Assembly (NCBI RefSeq): GCF_001194135.2
Contig: NC_068998.1
Location: forward strand, 13,192,203-13,233,064
Direction: 5' to 3'
DNA from: Octopus bimaculoides
Lineage: Eukaryota
Length of the DNA stretch: 40,862 nucleotides
The notes beneath the pieces were generated by a model. It had not been told where the DNA came from. It ran no database searches and saw only the letters and a list, made by a program, of their open reading frames with translations. The translations under genes were made by a program, and so were the position numbers. Positions 11,541-22,547 of the stretch are shown piece after piece (position 1 is the stretch's first letter; each line of letters opens with the position of its first letter).

Positions 11541-12376
11541 TGTTTCCATAGTAACGAAGCTAACACATACAGAGTGAAACCGCTTGACCTTAAACTCTGC
11601 TGTGCACTAAGTTTTAACGTTTTAGCTCACTTCTACTGTTTACAGCAGTGCTTGGAAGGAAGGTGTGTAGCGTGTAACAGTCACATTGACCATGACAGAG
11701 AAAGTTGTCATGGCGACACCTGCTCAGAGACCTGTGCAAAGTTGCAGAAAGTGTATGGAGAAGAGTGTTTGAGCCACCCACAAGTGTACAAGTGGTTTAG
11801 ACGTTTCCAAGATGTCGATGTTGACAAACGTTCTAGGAGACCAGCAACCAGCAGAACGGAGAAAAACATCGCAGATGCATGTGTAGCTGTGAGGGCAAAT
11901 CGTTGAATCACCATCCGTGAGTTATCAGAGGATATGCAGATTAGTTACTGTTCAGTTCAGTCCATAATCACTGAAAGTTTGGGTATGAGAAGCCTGTCTG
12001 CCAAGTTTGTGCCAAAAGCTGCTTTCAGCTGACTAAAAAGACACTCAGGTTTCAGTTGCACAAGATCTTCTTGATTGTGTTGAGAATGATGAAAACTTTA
12101 TGTGGGCCTCTGAGCAGGTATTGTCAAGCTTTTTTGGCAAAATTTGATGCAGATTCACTGCTCAACTTTCTCTGTCATGGTCAATGCGATGATCATACAC
12201 TACACACCTTCCTTCCAAGCACTACTGTAAACAGTGCAAGTAAATTAGAATGTTGAAACTTAGTGAGCATGCACAGCAGAGTTCAAGGTAAATCCGTACC
12301 AAGCGACTTTAATCTGTGTGCTTTAGCTTTGTTACTATGGCAACAGTCTGGATACTTATTGATCAGGCCATGTGTA
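11541..12376 (+). mobile_element. Internally deleted mariner transposon (N-terminal HTH region only)
   Basis: Translation ...SETCAKLQKVYGEECLSHPQVYKWFRRFQD...RSRRPATSRTEKNI...R*ITIRELSEDMQISYCSVQSIITESLGMRSLSAKFVPK, then a frameshift and KDTQVSVAQDLLDCVENDENF. This is the mariner HTH plus a WVPH-like linker, with no DDD domain. Inverted termini: TGTTTCCATAGTAACGAAGCTAA (11541 onward) versus TTAGCTTTGTTACTATGGCAACAGTCTGGATACTTATTGATCAGGCC (about 12323-12369). Confidence 0.85.
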
Positions 12377-12586
12377 TGTTTATATATATANNNNNNNNNN
12401 NNNNNNNNNNNNNNNNNNNNNNNNNNNNNNNNNNNNNNNNNNNNNNNNNNNNNNNNNNNNNNNNNNNNNNNNNNNNNNNNNNNNNNNNNNNNNNNNNNNN
12501 NNNNNNNNNNNNNNNNNNNNNNNNNNNNNNNNNNNNNNNNNNNNNNNNNNNNNNNNNNNNNNNNNNNNNNNNNNNNNNNNNNNNNN

Positions 12587-12656
<70 letters not shown>

Positions 12657-12819
12657 ATTTATTAAGTATAAGCCTGATGGACGTTATTTGTCTCCAAGCC
12701 AAAATATGTCGGGCGATTTCAGTTCAGGTTTAATGGATTGAATGAAACATTTGTCAATTAACATGTGCTCCCACTGTATGAGGTAGTGAAGAACAAGAAA
12801 TGATTATGATGAGATGTGC

Positions 12820-13025
12820 TTGATGCTACCGCTGCTGCTGCTTATGATGATGTTGATGATAATGATAGTGGCGATGATGATGGCAATGATGATGATGATG
12901 ATGAAGATAATGATGATAATGATAATAGTAAGGATGGCAATAATGGTAAAGAAGATGACGATGATGATGACGATGATGACAATGATGATGATGACGAGGA
13001 TTATGATGATGATGATGATGATGAT
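12820..13025. repeat. Degenerate (GAT)n microsatellite
   Basis: Seen directly. Confidence 0.95.
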
Positions 13026-13337
13026 TACCGTTCATTCACATTATTGCAAACCAAAATGTCTATATATAATATAAGCCAACCCTTAAAAGAGCTTGTCATA
13101 AAAAAAGAAACCAAAAAAATCGAAAAACTTCTTTATTAAAGAAGAATTTGTATGTTGAGAATATTTCTTTGGATTCCTTTTGCATGGTTCCAGGGAAATG
13201 GAAAAAGGAAGGAAAAATCCAGGAAATGGAATGGTGGATCTTCACCATACTCATCATCATCATCATCATCATCTGCAGCATTANNNNNNNNNNNNNNNNN
13301 NNNNNNNNNNNNNNNNNNNNNNNNNNNNNNNNNNNNN

Positions 13338-13446
13338 CACCACCGCTGCCACTGCCACCACCATCAGCATCACCACCACCAGCACTACCACTACCACCAC
13401 CAGCACTAGCACCAGCAGCAGCAGCAGCACCACCACCACCACCACC

Positions 13447-13492
<46 letters not shown>

Positions 13493-13666
13493 GCACCATC
13501 TTCATCACCACTGCTGCTACCAAAATTATCACCACCACCACCAACAACATTATCATTGTAGTCATCAGTACCACCACCACCACCATCATCATCATCACCG
13601 CCACTATCACAACCACAACCACTACCACCACGACCATCATCATCATCATCATCATCATCACCACCA
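13338..13666. repeat. Compound (CAC)/(CAG)/(CAA)/(CAT) trinucleotide tract
   Basis: Seen directly. Confidence 0.95.
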
Positions 13667-14373
13667 CTTACTAATTAATTACAAGTGTGTTTAGGAAGTT
13701 AAATTTTTGCATTCCTGTTGAATAGTCTTTTCATATTTATTTTCCAAAAGTATGTCTTCTGTAAATAATGCCGCTGAAGGGCACAATCTCGGTAAATTCA
13801 GAGGATTGATTCTATGTCTGTTTAGAATATGAAACCAAACAGAAACATTTACTCATGGAAATATTCAAAGAATTCCAAATTTCATCGAAATATCAAGAAT
13901 TATGCAAAATTTCTTTTCCTTTATGCATCACCATTTTCCCCCCCATTTTTCATCTCGCCTGATCTTGGGTTCCTATCTCTCACCCTTTCTTCCTCTCTTC
14001 TTTTCTTTCTTTCTCTTTCTTTCTTTCCTTCTTTTTCATGATGATTAAATAATTAGCAATCTGTGGATGTTAGAAGGATTGCAGAAGCTTGTAATAGGAA
14101 GTAAACTATGAGACAAGTTATACAAACAATATATGAGTAAATGCATATATATGTACGTACCTTCATCTACATGTACATATAGATACATATCTGGGTACAT
14201 GACGTTGCAAATAAACATAGACAAAATGATAAACAAGGTACAAAAAACAAGCAGGCCACATAGAGAACATATCCTTCATCAGCTGCCACCATTAAGTTAC
14301 CCTGCCTTTCACTGATTTTTGTCACACAACCAACGTTGATAAAAATAAGAGTCCATAGTTATTCTCATTCCAG

Positions 14374-14443
14374 TTATTTTCCAACTTGCCAAAATAGATC
14401 GACACAATGAGAACAACGCAACCATCACAACTTCATCCAATCA
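14374..14443 (+). CDS. Candidate internal exon, unknown protein
   Basis: TTCTCATTCCAG|...|GTAAGA. One frame is open: (V)IFQLAKIDRHNENNATITTSSN(Q/H), phase 1 to 2. Confidence 0.35.
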
Positions 14444-14934
14444 GTAAGACCCTACATATTAATCTGGGCCCCTTTGGGGTGCCGCAGTCACAGTCAGTAT
14501 ACTTGTTCTCCTGGAATCAGCCCACCATCTATACCTCAACTCCTTGATTGAGTAGATCCATGATCAAAGACATTCCATTCATGACCATCCCACCATTTTG
14601 TATATTGTTTAATGCGTCCATTGCTTCTCTTTTAAGACAGCAAGGTGTAGTTCAAGACAAATTTTTTTCTGCTCTTTCTAGCTGGTCAAGTGTCCATGTA
14701 GGAACTTCATCACTGTCTTAATGAGATGTTGATGATGGCAATAATGATAAAGAGGATGACAATGATGATAACGTTGATGATGATGATGATGATGATGATG
14801 ATTAAGACCTATAGAATCCCTAAGCACTTAGTGGATTTTGGTGTCCCCGTATATGTGTATTTCAAATTATAAACAATAATAAACCATACCCACCCTACAA
14901 TGTCATTCTAAGAATAAACAACCACATTATTCAT

Positions 14935-15160
14935 TTCTTTATTGCCCACAGGGGGCTAAACATAGAGGAGACAAACAAGGACAGACAAAGGGATTAAGTC
15001 GATGACACCGACCCCAGTGCATAACTGGTACTTATTTAAGCGACCCCGAAAGGATGAAAGGCAAAGTCGACCTCGGCGGAATTTGAACTCAGAATGTAGC
15101 GGCAGACGAAATACCGCTAAACATTTCGCCCGGCATGCTAACGATTCAGCCAGCTCGCCG
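14935..15160 (-). mobile_element. SINE family D
   Basis: Contains CTGGTACTTATTTAAGCGACCCCGAAAGGATGAAAGGCAAAGTCGACCTCGGCGGAATTTGAACTCAG. Diverged copies lie at 15615-15830(+) and 19150-19300(-). Confidence 0.75.
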
Positions 15161-15350
15161 CATCTCAAAGTGACAAGATAATGTATGATAAATTCAAAAC
15201 AATGTGAATAAATAAGCATTACATTTGACAGCATAATCTGAATGATGGATGGAAACTTTGAGGAAGCTTATTAAATGGATTGCATCTGCAATCAAAAGGT
15301 CCAGCCTTGTCTCACACTATGTCATACTGAGTTGCTTTGTAGCCCAGACA

Positions 15351-15435
15351 CAACTGGGTGAAGGCATTTGCCCTTAGCAACTGGGTGAAGGCATTTGCCC
15401 TGAGCAACTGGGTGAAGGCATTTGCCCTTAGCAAT
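15351..15435. repeat. 27-bp tandem repeat, 3 copies
   Basis: Unit CAACTGGGTGAAGGCATTTGCCCT(T/G)AG at 15351, 15378 and 15405. Confidence 0.95.
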
Positions 15436-16289
15436 CAGTAAAATTTAGAACATCTGGGATTGATATGGATGGATACAGATGGATACCTCCTCCTAATGTA
15501 ACTGACTCTTAACTGATTGAATAACTTTTTGTATGTTGTCCCTTGTCCATGTCTTTATTCATAAATATTTTAGTATAAAACCATGAAAATATATTAGTAA
15601 TGTTTCTTTGCAATAAGACAGCAAGCTGGCTGAACCATTAGTGCACTGAACAAAATGCATAGCAGTATTTCTTCCAGCTCTTTATGTTCTGAGTTCAAAT
15701 TCCACCAAGGTTGACTTTGCTTTTCATCTTTTCAGGGGTCGATAAAATAAGTACCAGTTGAGTGCTGGGGATTGATTACATTGAATTGCTCCTCACCTAA
15801 AACTGTTGGCTTTGTGCTAAAATTTGAAACCAATAGTTCTTGACACTTTCTCTTCAATCATGGTAATTGTACATGTGTTTGTGGATTACTCAACCACTTT
15901 ACTTGTTAATTAGTTTATTGAGTTGATCAAACAATGAGACGCTTATCACTGAAATCAGTGGAGAGGCCATTAAAAATAAAAAAGTCTAGATCAGTCATTC
16001 TCAATCTTTTTGATTCTGTAGTGCACTGGAGATGAAACAAAAGGAAAAGACAAGAAAAGACTCTGGTGTATTTTATATGATAAATTTTTAAAAAATTGTA
16101 TATTAAAGAGTTAAATATCTAGAAAAAAAAATTTTTTAATCATTGCTGACTTTATTTCATTAATTAAACGTGTCTAACAAAATTATGATTAGCATATTTT
16201 TCAAGATGCTCAAAATTTAGTATAGACTTTCTAAAGCTATATATTATTATATTCCTAAATAAATGTTTGGAAAAAAAAAAACCCTTTAG

Positions 16290-16319
16290 GCAATACAGGT
16301 GAAAAAATAGATGAAGTAG
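16290..16319 (+). CDS. Candidate 30-nt exon, unknown protein
   Basis: CCCTTTAG|...|GTAAGT. One frame is open, (G)NTGEKIDEV, phase 1 to 1, and it joins in frame to 16438-16506. Confidence 0.3.
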
Positions 16320-16437
16320 GTAAGTAATGTCACAAAATGAAAACGAAGGAGAAAGGGTATTGTATTACTATTATTGTATTACCTTATATAGGTTGTTTAG
16401 TAACCTATAATATTTCATGAAAAATTACCCTTTTCAG

Positions 16438-16506
16438 ATAGAAGAAAGGAAATAATCGATGAGTTAGGAGAAATGTGCTGTCACCTGCAGATCATTTTAG
16501 TGTGTT
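16438..16506 (+). CDS. Candidate 69-nt exon, unknown protein
   Basis: CCCTTTTCAG|...|GTGAGT. One frame is open, (D)RRKEIIDELGEMCCHLQIILVC, phase 1 to 1. Confidence 0.3.
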
Positions 16507-17590
16507 GTGAGTGTTATTTTTTTTATTAACATCTGAAGTGCATCTAGATATTCTTGCAGTGCCTCTAGATACCCTTTGCAGTGCAACAATGAAGGAAAGT
16601 GATCTAGAATGAGCAAAAGGAGCTTATGGTCTCAGATGTACTGATTGGTTAGTAATGGCTGAAAAGTCAGTTAATTGATGGAAAGTTGACAAAAAAATTG
16701 GTTAAAATATACCCAATTTGAATGATAAATTATTTTGGCTGTTTTTCACTTTTCCAGTGGTGAGATAGTAATAAAATGTACATCAAATGATTTTAGTTCC
16801 AAATCAGTGATCAGAGAGTCTAAAACATTGATTCATTTGAATATTTTCAGATAGCTGTGCTTGGCAATGTTCAACACCTAATTAAATACTTAAAAAATCC
16901 CTAGTAGTAATGTAAAGTTGCATATGATAGTTCTAAGTCAGTATGGGAGGAGAGCAGAGAATCATTTCGTTAAACCTCTGAAGCAAAGAAACTTAAAAGA
17001 AGAGACCATATTTGAAAGTAACCCTAATTTTTTTCTTCTTTAGCTTGAGTAAATTGCTAAAATTGAATTGCTGTGGTAGTGTTACAACAGACTTCCATAA
17101 TTTTTTTTAGATAAACTCAAAGTGCTATATCAAACCATTGATTCTCGTGGAACAATGCTGTAATTTCCTGGCAAATGTTACATCTTAGAGAGATTTACAT
17201 ACATAACAGATGAAACCAATCAACAGTTTGCTCTTTTGAGATAGAGAAAAAAAATCTAACAAATATTTGGAATTGTAAATGCCAAGAGAAACTAATAAGT
17301 GAATTCAATAATTGTTTTGTTGCAGACAAAATAAAAACATATTGAACTCCATTTGTGAAGTAGGAATAGATTTTTGAATATAATCGACCATTTTTTTTTT
17401 TTTTTTTTTTCATAATTTAATTCCTTGGGGCAGACTGAACCAAACAAGAGCAGCTTTTTTTTTCCACCATTACTGTTGGGAAATACATTCACCAAAATCA
17501 CTAGCAACAACAACACTGCTGCCACCACCAGCACCACTGCCAACACCACCGCCAGTCTTACTGTAAACATTATTATTTATTACCCTTATA

Positions 17591-17794
17591 TACTCTTTTA
17601 CTTGTTTCAGTCAGTTGACTGCGGCCATGTTGGAGCACCGCCTTTAGTCGAGCAAATCGACCCCAGGACTTATTCTTTGTAAGCCTAGTACTTATTCTAT
17701 TGGTCTCCTTTTGCCGAACCGCTAAGTTACGGGGATGTAAACACACCAGCATCGGTTGTCAAGCGATGTTGGGGGGACAAACACAGACACACAA

Positions 17795-17825
<31 letters not shown>

Positions 17826-17998
17826 CATATATATACGACGGGCTTCTTTCAGTTTCTGTCTACCAAATCCACTCACAAGGCTTTGGTCGGCCCGAGGCTA
17901 TAGTAGAAGACACTTGCCCAAGGTGCCACGCAGTGGGACTGAACCCGGAACCATGTGGTTGTTAAGCAAGCTACTTACCACACAGCCACTCCTGCACC
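17591..17998 (-). mobile_element. SINE family A (full length)
   Basis: Near-identical to 8194-8613. Confidence 0.85.
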
Positions 17999-18204
17999 TT
18001 ATATATTAATAAATTTGTATTAATTTACTTCACATTTTGTATGTTTTTATAAAATGCTTACATCTATTTTAATTCTCCCTATCAGAGCAAAATTCCCTGT
18101 CAACTCCACTAAAGTCTTTGAGATTTGACCCCTAATCCTATTGGGTTATTAAGCACCTTTATTTATAAAATTTAAAGAAAATTTATTTGTGATTATATTG
18201 TTGT

Positions 18205-18748
18205 ATTTGAGGATAGTCATTTTCTTACTTTTTTTTTTTGCTTGCCAAATAAACACACACACTATATATTTGTTTTTCACTTGTTTATTAATGTTCTTAT
18301 TTTAACTCATGTCCATTGTTCAGAAATCTTTCGTCACCCATCTGTGACCTCTTCATCAACACTTTCCATCCTCATGTGTGCTCCTGTTCCACTTAGTCCA
18401 TTCTCAATGTACCTCCACTGCCTGGTCCATCCACACATGAGTGCCCTTGCCATCACTGTCGTCGTTGCACCCCACCTTGTGCCTCAGCAGACTCCACTCT
18501 TGCTCACTCATGTTTGTATGCGTTGCCTGCTGGCAGCTGCCATTCGCTGTAGACTAAGCAGAGCAGGAGCACACACAAGAATAGAAAGAGTCGGTGAAGA
18601 GGTCACTGATGTGTGACGAAAGATTTTTCAGACAATGAGCATGAGTTGAAATAAGAACAGTGGCAAATGAGCGAAGAACGAATATTTTGTGCATGTGTTT
18701 ATTTGGCAAGCAAAAGAAAAAAAAAATTGAAAACGACTATCTTGAAAT
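18205..18748. mobile_element. Older MITE with ~195-bp TIRs
   Basis: 18205-18398 aligns to the reverse complement of 18552-18748 (shared blocks GATAGTC, TTGCTTGCCAAATAAACAC, AAATCTTTCGTCAC, GTGACCTCTTCA, GTGTGCTCCTG, CTTAGTC), roughly 80% identity by eye. Confidence 0.7.
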
Positions 18749-18892
18749 CAACCATGTCTGTTTCAAAGCATGGTTTCACATCAGGAATCTTGCAACACAA
18801 ATTTATAAATGCTATTTGTAATTGCTTTAATTAAATTATGGAAATGTACTTGCATAGCAAGCGACCTGATCTGAGATCATGTGCTGGAACAA

Positions 18893-19136
18893 AAACAATT
18901 GCAGCATGGAAGGTGTTTATAAGCCATTTAAGAAACACACAAAAACCATTAGATTCACTTCAACATTTAAATTTAATTTGCCAAAATATTTTCATCGGAA
19001 TTTTGTCAGTGAACAGGTCGCGGTCTCAAAGTGACGAAAATATTTTGGCAAATTAAATTTAAATGTTGACGTGAATCTAACAGTTTTTGTGTGTTTCTTA
19101 AATGGTTTATAAACACCTTCCACGCTGCAATTGTTT
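18893..19136. repeat. Near-perfect 104-bp inverted repeat with 36-nt loop
   Basis: Arms 18893-18996 and 19033-19136 have 6 mismatches in 104 by manual alignment. Confidence 0.9.
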
Positions 19137-19907
19137 ATTTAAGTTATTTTTAATTGAGACACAAGGCTAGAAATTTCTTGGGGAAAGAGTTACTCAAATA
19201 CATCACCCCCCAGTCTTTGATTGATACTATAGTTTCTCAACATTGAATAGATGAAAGGCAAAGATGACCTCAGCAGGATTTGAACTCAGAACATAAAGAA
19301 CCAGAAGCCAGCTTATCTAAATAAGGAGAAAATGAGACTGAAAACATAAGGTGAGAAAAAAAAATCATATATTGAAATGTTAGTCGATGTCCTTCATAGT
19401 TACTGTCATAACTGTGTTGTTAAGAAGAAGTTGGTCTTGGGGTCGGTCCCATTGTGTAGCACTTGGGCAAGTGTCCCTTACTATAACCCCAGGCTGGCTA
19501 AAACCTTGTGTGTTTGGTAGATGGAAACTGAAAGAAGCCCATCACACACACACACATCACTGTATAGACCAAACTATCAAATGTTATACTGGTGCACCAG
19601 CATGACCGCAGCCACTTGGCTGAAACACATAAATAAAAAAAAAATTACTGATCACAATGCACTTTCTCACATTGTTGTAGCTTTTGAATGATGCCACTCA
19701 ACTAGATAAGCAGGCAGGCCATCATTTCATCTGAATGGAATTCCAGTCCATCACAGGGCAAGGGTTGCCTATTCACAGCTAAGTGGATGGGAGCAATGGG
19801 GAGTGAAGTGTTTTGCTCAAGAACACAAATCATGATCATGATTGCAACATGCTAGCCACTAGGTCACACACACATACCAGTACATCTGTCTGTCTGTCTA
19901 TCAATCT

Positions 19908-20135
19908 TACACGATCCCTATTGATTGGTCCCCTTTATTTTATTTTTCTCCACAATCCCTTTTGATCGAATTTCTACTCCCGCTTGTTTTTTGTATTTTA
20001 TTTTATTTAAAAATTTTTTCTTTTTCTTTTTTTCTTTAACTTTCTCTTCCCAAAAAGAAAAGCTTTACTTTGTATTTTGTCCCCTCTGTGTTCAGCCCTG
20101 TGCGGCCAATAAGGAAACATGTATCGGTATCTATA
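19908..20135 (+). mobile_element. Second 3'-end fragment of the same Tx1-like LINE
   Basis: 20054-20118 (AAAAGCTTTACTTTGTATTTTGTCCCCTCTGTGTTCAGCCCTGTGCGGCCAATAAGGAAA) matches the 3' terminus of the 6546-7079 element in the opposite orientation. It has TCTG/TCTA repeats upstream and TATC/TC repeats downstream. Confidence 0.6.
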
Positions 20136-20166
<31 letters not shown>

Positions 20167-20379
20167 GATGATGATGATGATCATCATCATCATCATAATC
20201 ATCATCATTATCAACATCATTATTTAACTGCCGTTTTCCATGCTGGCAATGGGTTTTGATGGTCTGACAGGGGTGGCTAGGCAGAAGACTCCACCAGGCT
20301 TCACTGTCTATTTTGGCAGAGATTTTAAGGTTGGATGCCTTTCCTAACATCAACCATCTTACGGAGGAGTAACATTTTT

Positions 20380-20415
<36 letters not shown>

Positions 20416-20610
20416 TTGTATGTATTCGTGTGTGTTTGTGTGTATGTTTGTCTAGACATCACGTGATGGTTGTAAATAAGCATCATCGTCATACAAGCGA
20501 GGTTGTTCATTTCTGGTCTTCCATGAAAATATGTCTGGCCATTGGGGGGAAAATTACCTTGCTTGAAAACAGGTGAAGGTTGGTGACAGGAATGGCATCC
20601 AGCCTGTAGT

Positions 20611-20870
20611 GGCGCATGTGGCCGCCATTTTGGGAAGTGCCATTGCGCATGTGCAAGGGACTTGCCGTCAGCGGAAGTACCCGAGCACGCATGCGCAATG
20701 CAACAGGTGGAGAGAGGGCAATAGCGTTCGATCTCTTTTCTCTATCTAGCAGCTGTGGTGACAACACGTTCTGCCAGGCTCTCTCAGCTCGACCCCGACG
20801 TGTGGTCGAAGCTTCCTTGGTATTCTAGCGGCATGCCTGTTAACCCAGGAACGAAGCGGCTCTACACCAA
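20611..20870. promoter_or_regulatory. CpG-rich housekeeping-type promoter, possibly bidirectional (YY1, NRF1, ETS/GABP motifs)
   Basis: Only non-repeat GC/CpG-rich island in the window. GCCGCCATTTTG (YY1) at 20621-20632; TGCGCATGTGCA at 20644-20655 and GCACGCATGCGCA at 20685-20697 (NRF1-type); CGGAAGT (ETS) at 20672-20678 and GGAAGT at 20633-20638; GCGCATGTGG at 20612-20621. Confidence 0.75.
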
Positions 20871-21679
20871 CCTAGAATAAACTGTTGATCTGTTGTTACC
20901 GTTATCCCTCGTGTTGTTGTATTTCTGGATTTTAATGATTAATATAAGAACTGGGGAGAGATGGCCGAGCCGTCATATCTCATCCAATTCTTATAAGCCT
21001 ATTAAAAAAAAATCTGCCTCAACAACTTCCACCTGACTCATGTAAGCATGGAAAAGCGTGTATTAAACAGTGACAACAAGGACGATTTTTAACTCAATAA
21101 GTTTATCAAGTTTTTGCAGTTTTCAAACATATACCAAGTATTTCAACTGCATTTTGTAATTTCTTAATTAGAAGGATAGTTGTTTGGTTTTGTTCTTTAT
21201 AATATTCATAAATGAAATACTAAAACTAATATTTTTTGGGGGGAAAAGAAATCAATGTTTTAATTCATTTTGTTGTAATATTAGAACTCTTGTCCTTGTG
21301 TTATGAAGAAGAGTACTTTTAGAGTTGGAGGCCAACTCACAATATTGTTTATATTTCAACAAACTTGAAGAGGTTATTGGAAATAAAAATCGTTTCGCTT
21401 TTGTTTTTTAATTCCCTATTTCACGATCATGAGGATGACGATATTGAAAAGGATGATGATGATGATGAGACTGATCAATAGTGATGGTGGTGGTGGTGAT
21501 GGTGATATTTGGGAGGAGGAAGATGATGATTATGTCAAAAGGCACGTGGATGAAAAGTAAAATAGAAAAAGAAAATCCAATTCATTCATTTATTGAATTC
21601 AGTTAAAAATTTCTTTATCGTTTCAAGAGTGAAAAAAAAATTAAAATTAAAATCATTGAAGATGTGGATGAGAATGACA

Positions 21680-21793
21680 ATGCTTCTGCTGCTGCTGATG
21701 ATGATGATGATGATGATGGTGATGGTGATGATGAAGATGATGAGGATGATGATGATGATGGTGATGATGATGATGATGATGATGAAGATGATG

Positions 21794-21840
<47 letters not shown>

Positions 21841-21985
21841 TACTGATGATGATAATGGTGAGGATGACGGCAACAATGATGACGACGACGACAAGGATGA
21901 CGACAACAATGTTGACAATGACAACAATGTCAACAATGACGACAATGAAGATGACGATAATGACAACAATGATGTCAATGACAAT
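21680..21985. repeat. (GAT)n/(GAC/AAT) microsatellite
   Basis: Seen directly. Confidence 0.95.
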
Positions 21986-22249
21986 CATGAAGTTTCGGTG
22001 GTGTAATGTTTTTGATGTGGAATCCTATTTTGAGAAGAATACAAACGCTTGCAGCCACAATCAAATTCTTTCTTTTAAAGCCATTTCTTTCACTTCTTCT
22101 CCAATTGCAACAATTACAAAAAAAAAAAAAGATAAAAAATCAACAACAATATTTCTCAGCAAATGAAATACTCTAAGTTATTTAAGTTTTTTTTTTTTTC
22201 TTAGAAGTCAGTCACAGAAGAATATTCTTTCACTTGTTTTAGCTGTTGG

Positions 22250-22547
22250 GCTGAGACATGCTTAACTGAAGAGCTTAACTGAGACATGCTTAACGAAGGG
22301 CTTAACTGAGACATGCTTAACGAAGGGCTTAACTGAGACATGCTTAACGAAGGGCTTAACTGAGACATGCTTAACGAAGGGCTTAACTGANNNNNNNNNN
22401 AGCTTAACTGAGACATGCTTAACGAAGGGCTTAACTGAGACATGCTTAACGAAGGGCTTAACTGAGACATGCTTAACGAAGGGCTTAACTGAGACATGCT
22501 TAACAAAGGGCTTAACTGAGACATGCTTAACGAAGGGCTTAACTGAA
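22250..22547. repeat. 27-bp minisatellite, about 11 copies
   Basis: Unit CTTAACTGAGACATGCTTAACGAAGGG, with a 10-N gap inside the array. Confidence 0.95.

Noticed and set aside
15351-15435. CRISPR-like appearance of the 27-bp repeats (also 22250-22547)
   Set aside because: The repeats are head-to-tail with no spacers, the genome is eukaryotic, and there are no cas genes.
20705-20900. Assignment as U6atac, 7SK, RNase P/MRP or telomerase RNA
   Set aside because: Only 8-10 nt resemblances. There is no CTAACCCTAA template, an internal TTTT would stop Pol III, and the upstream motifs are Pol II type.
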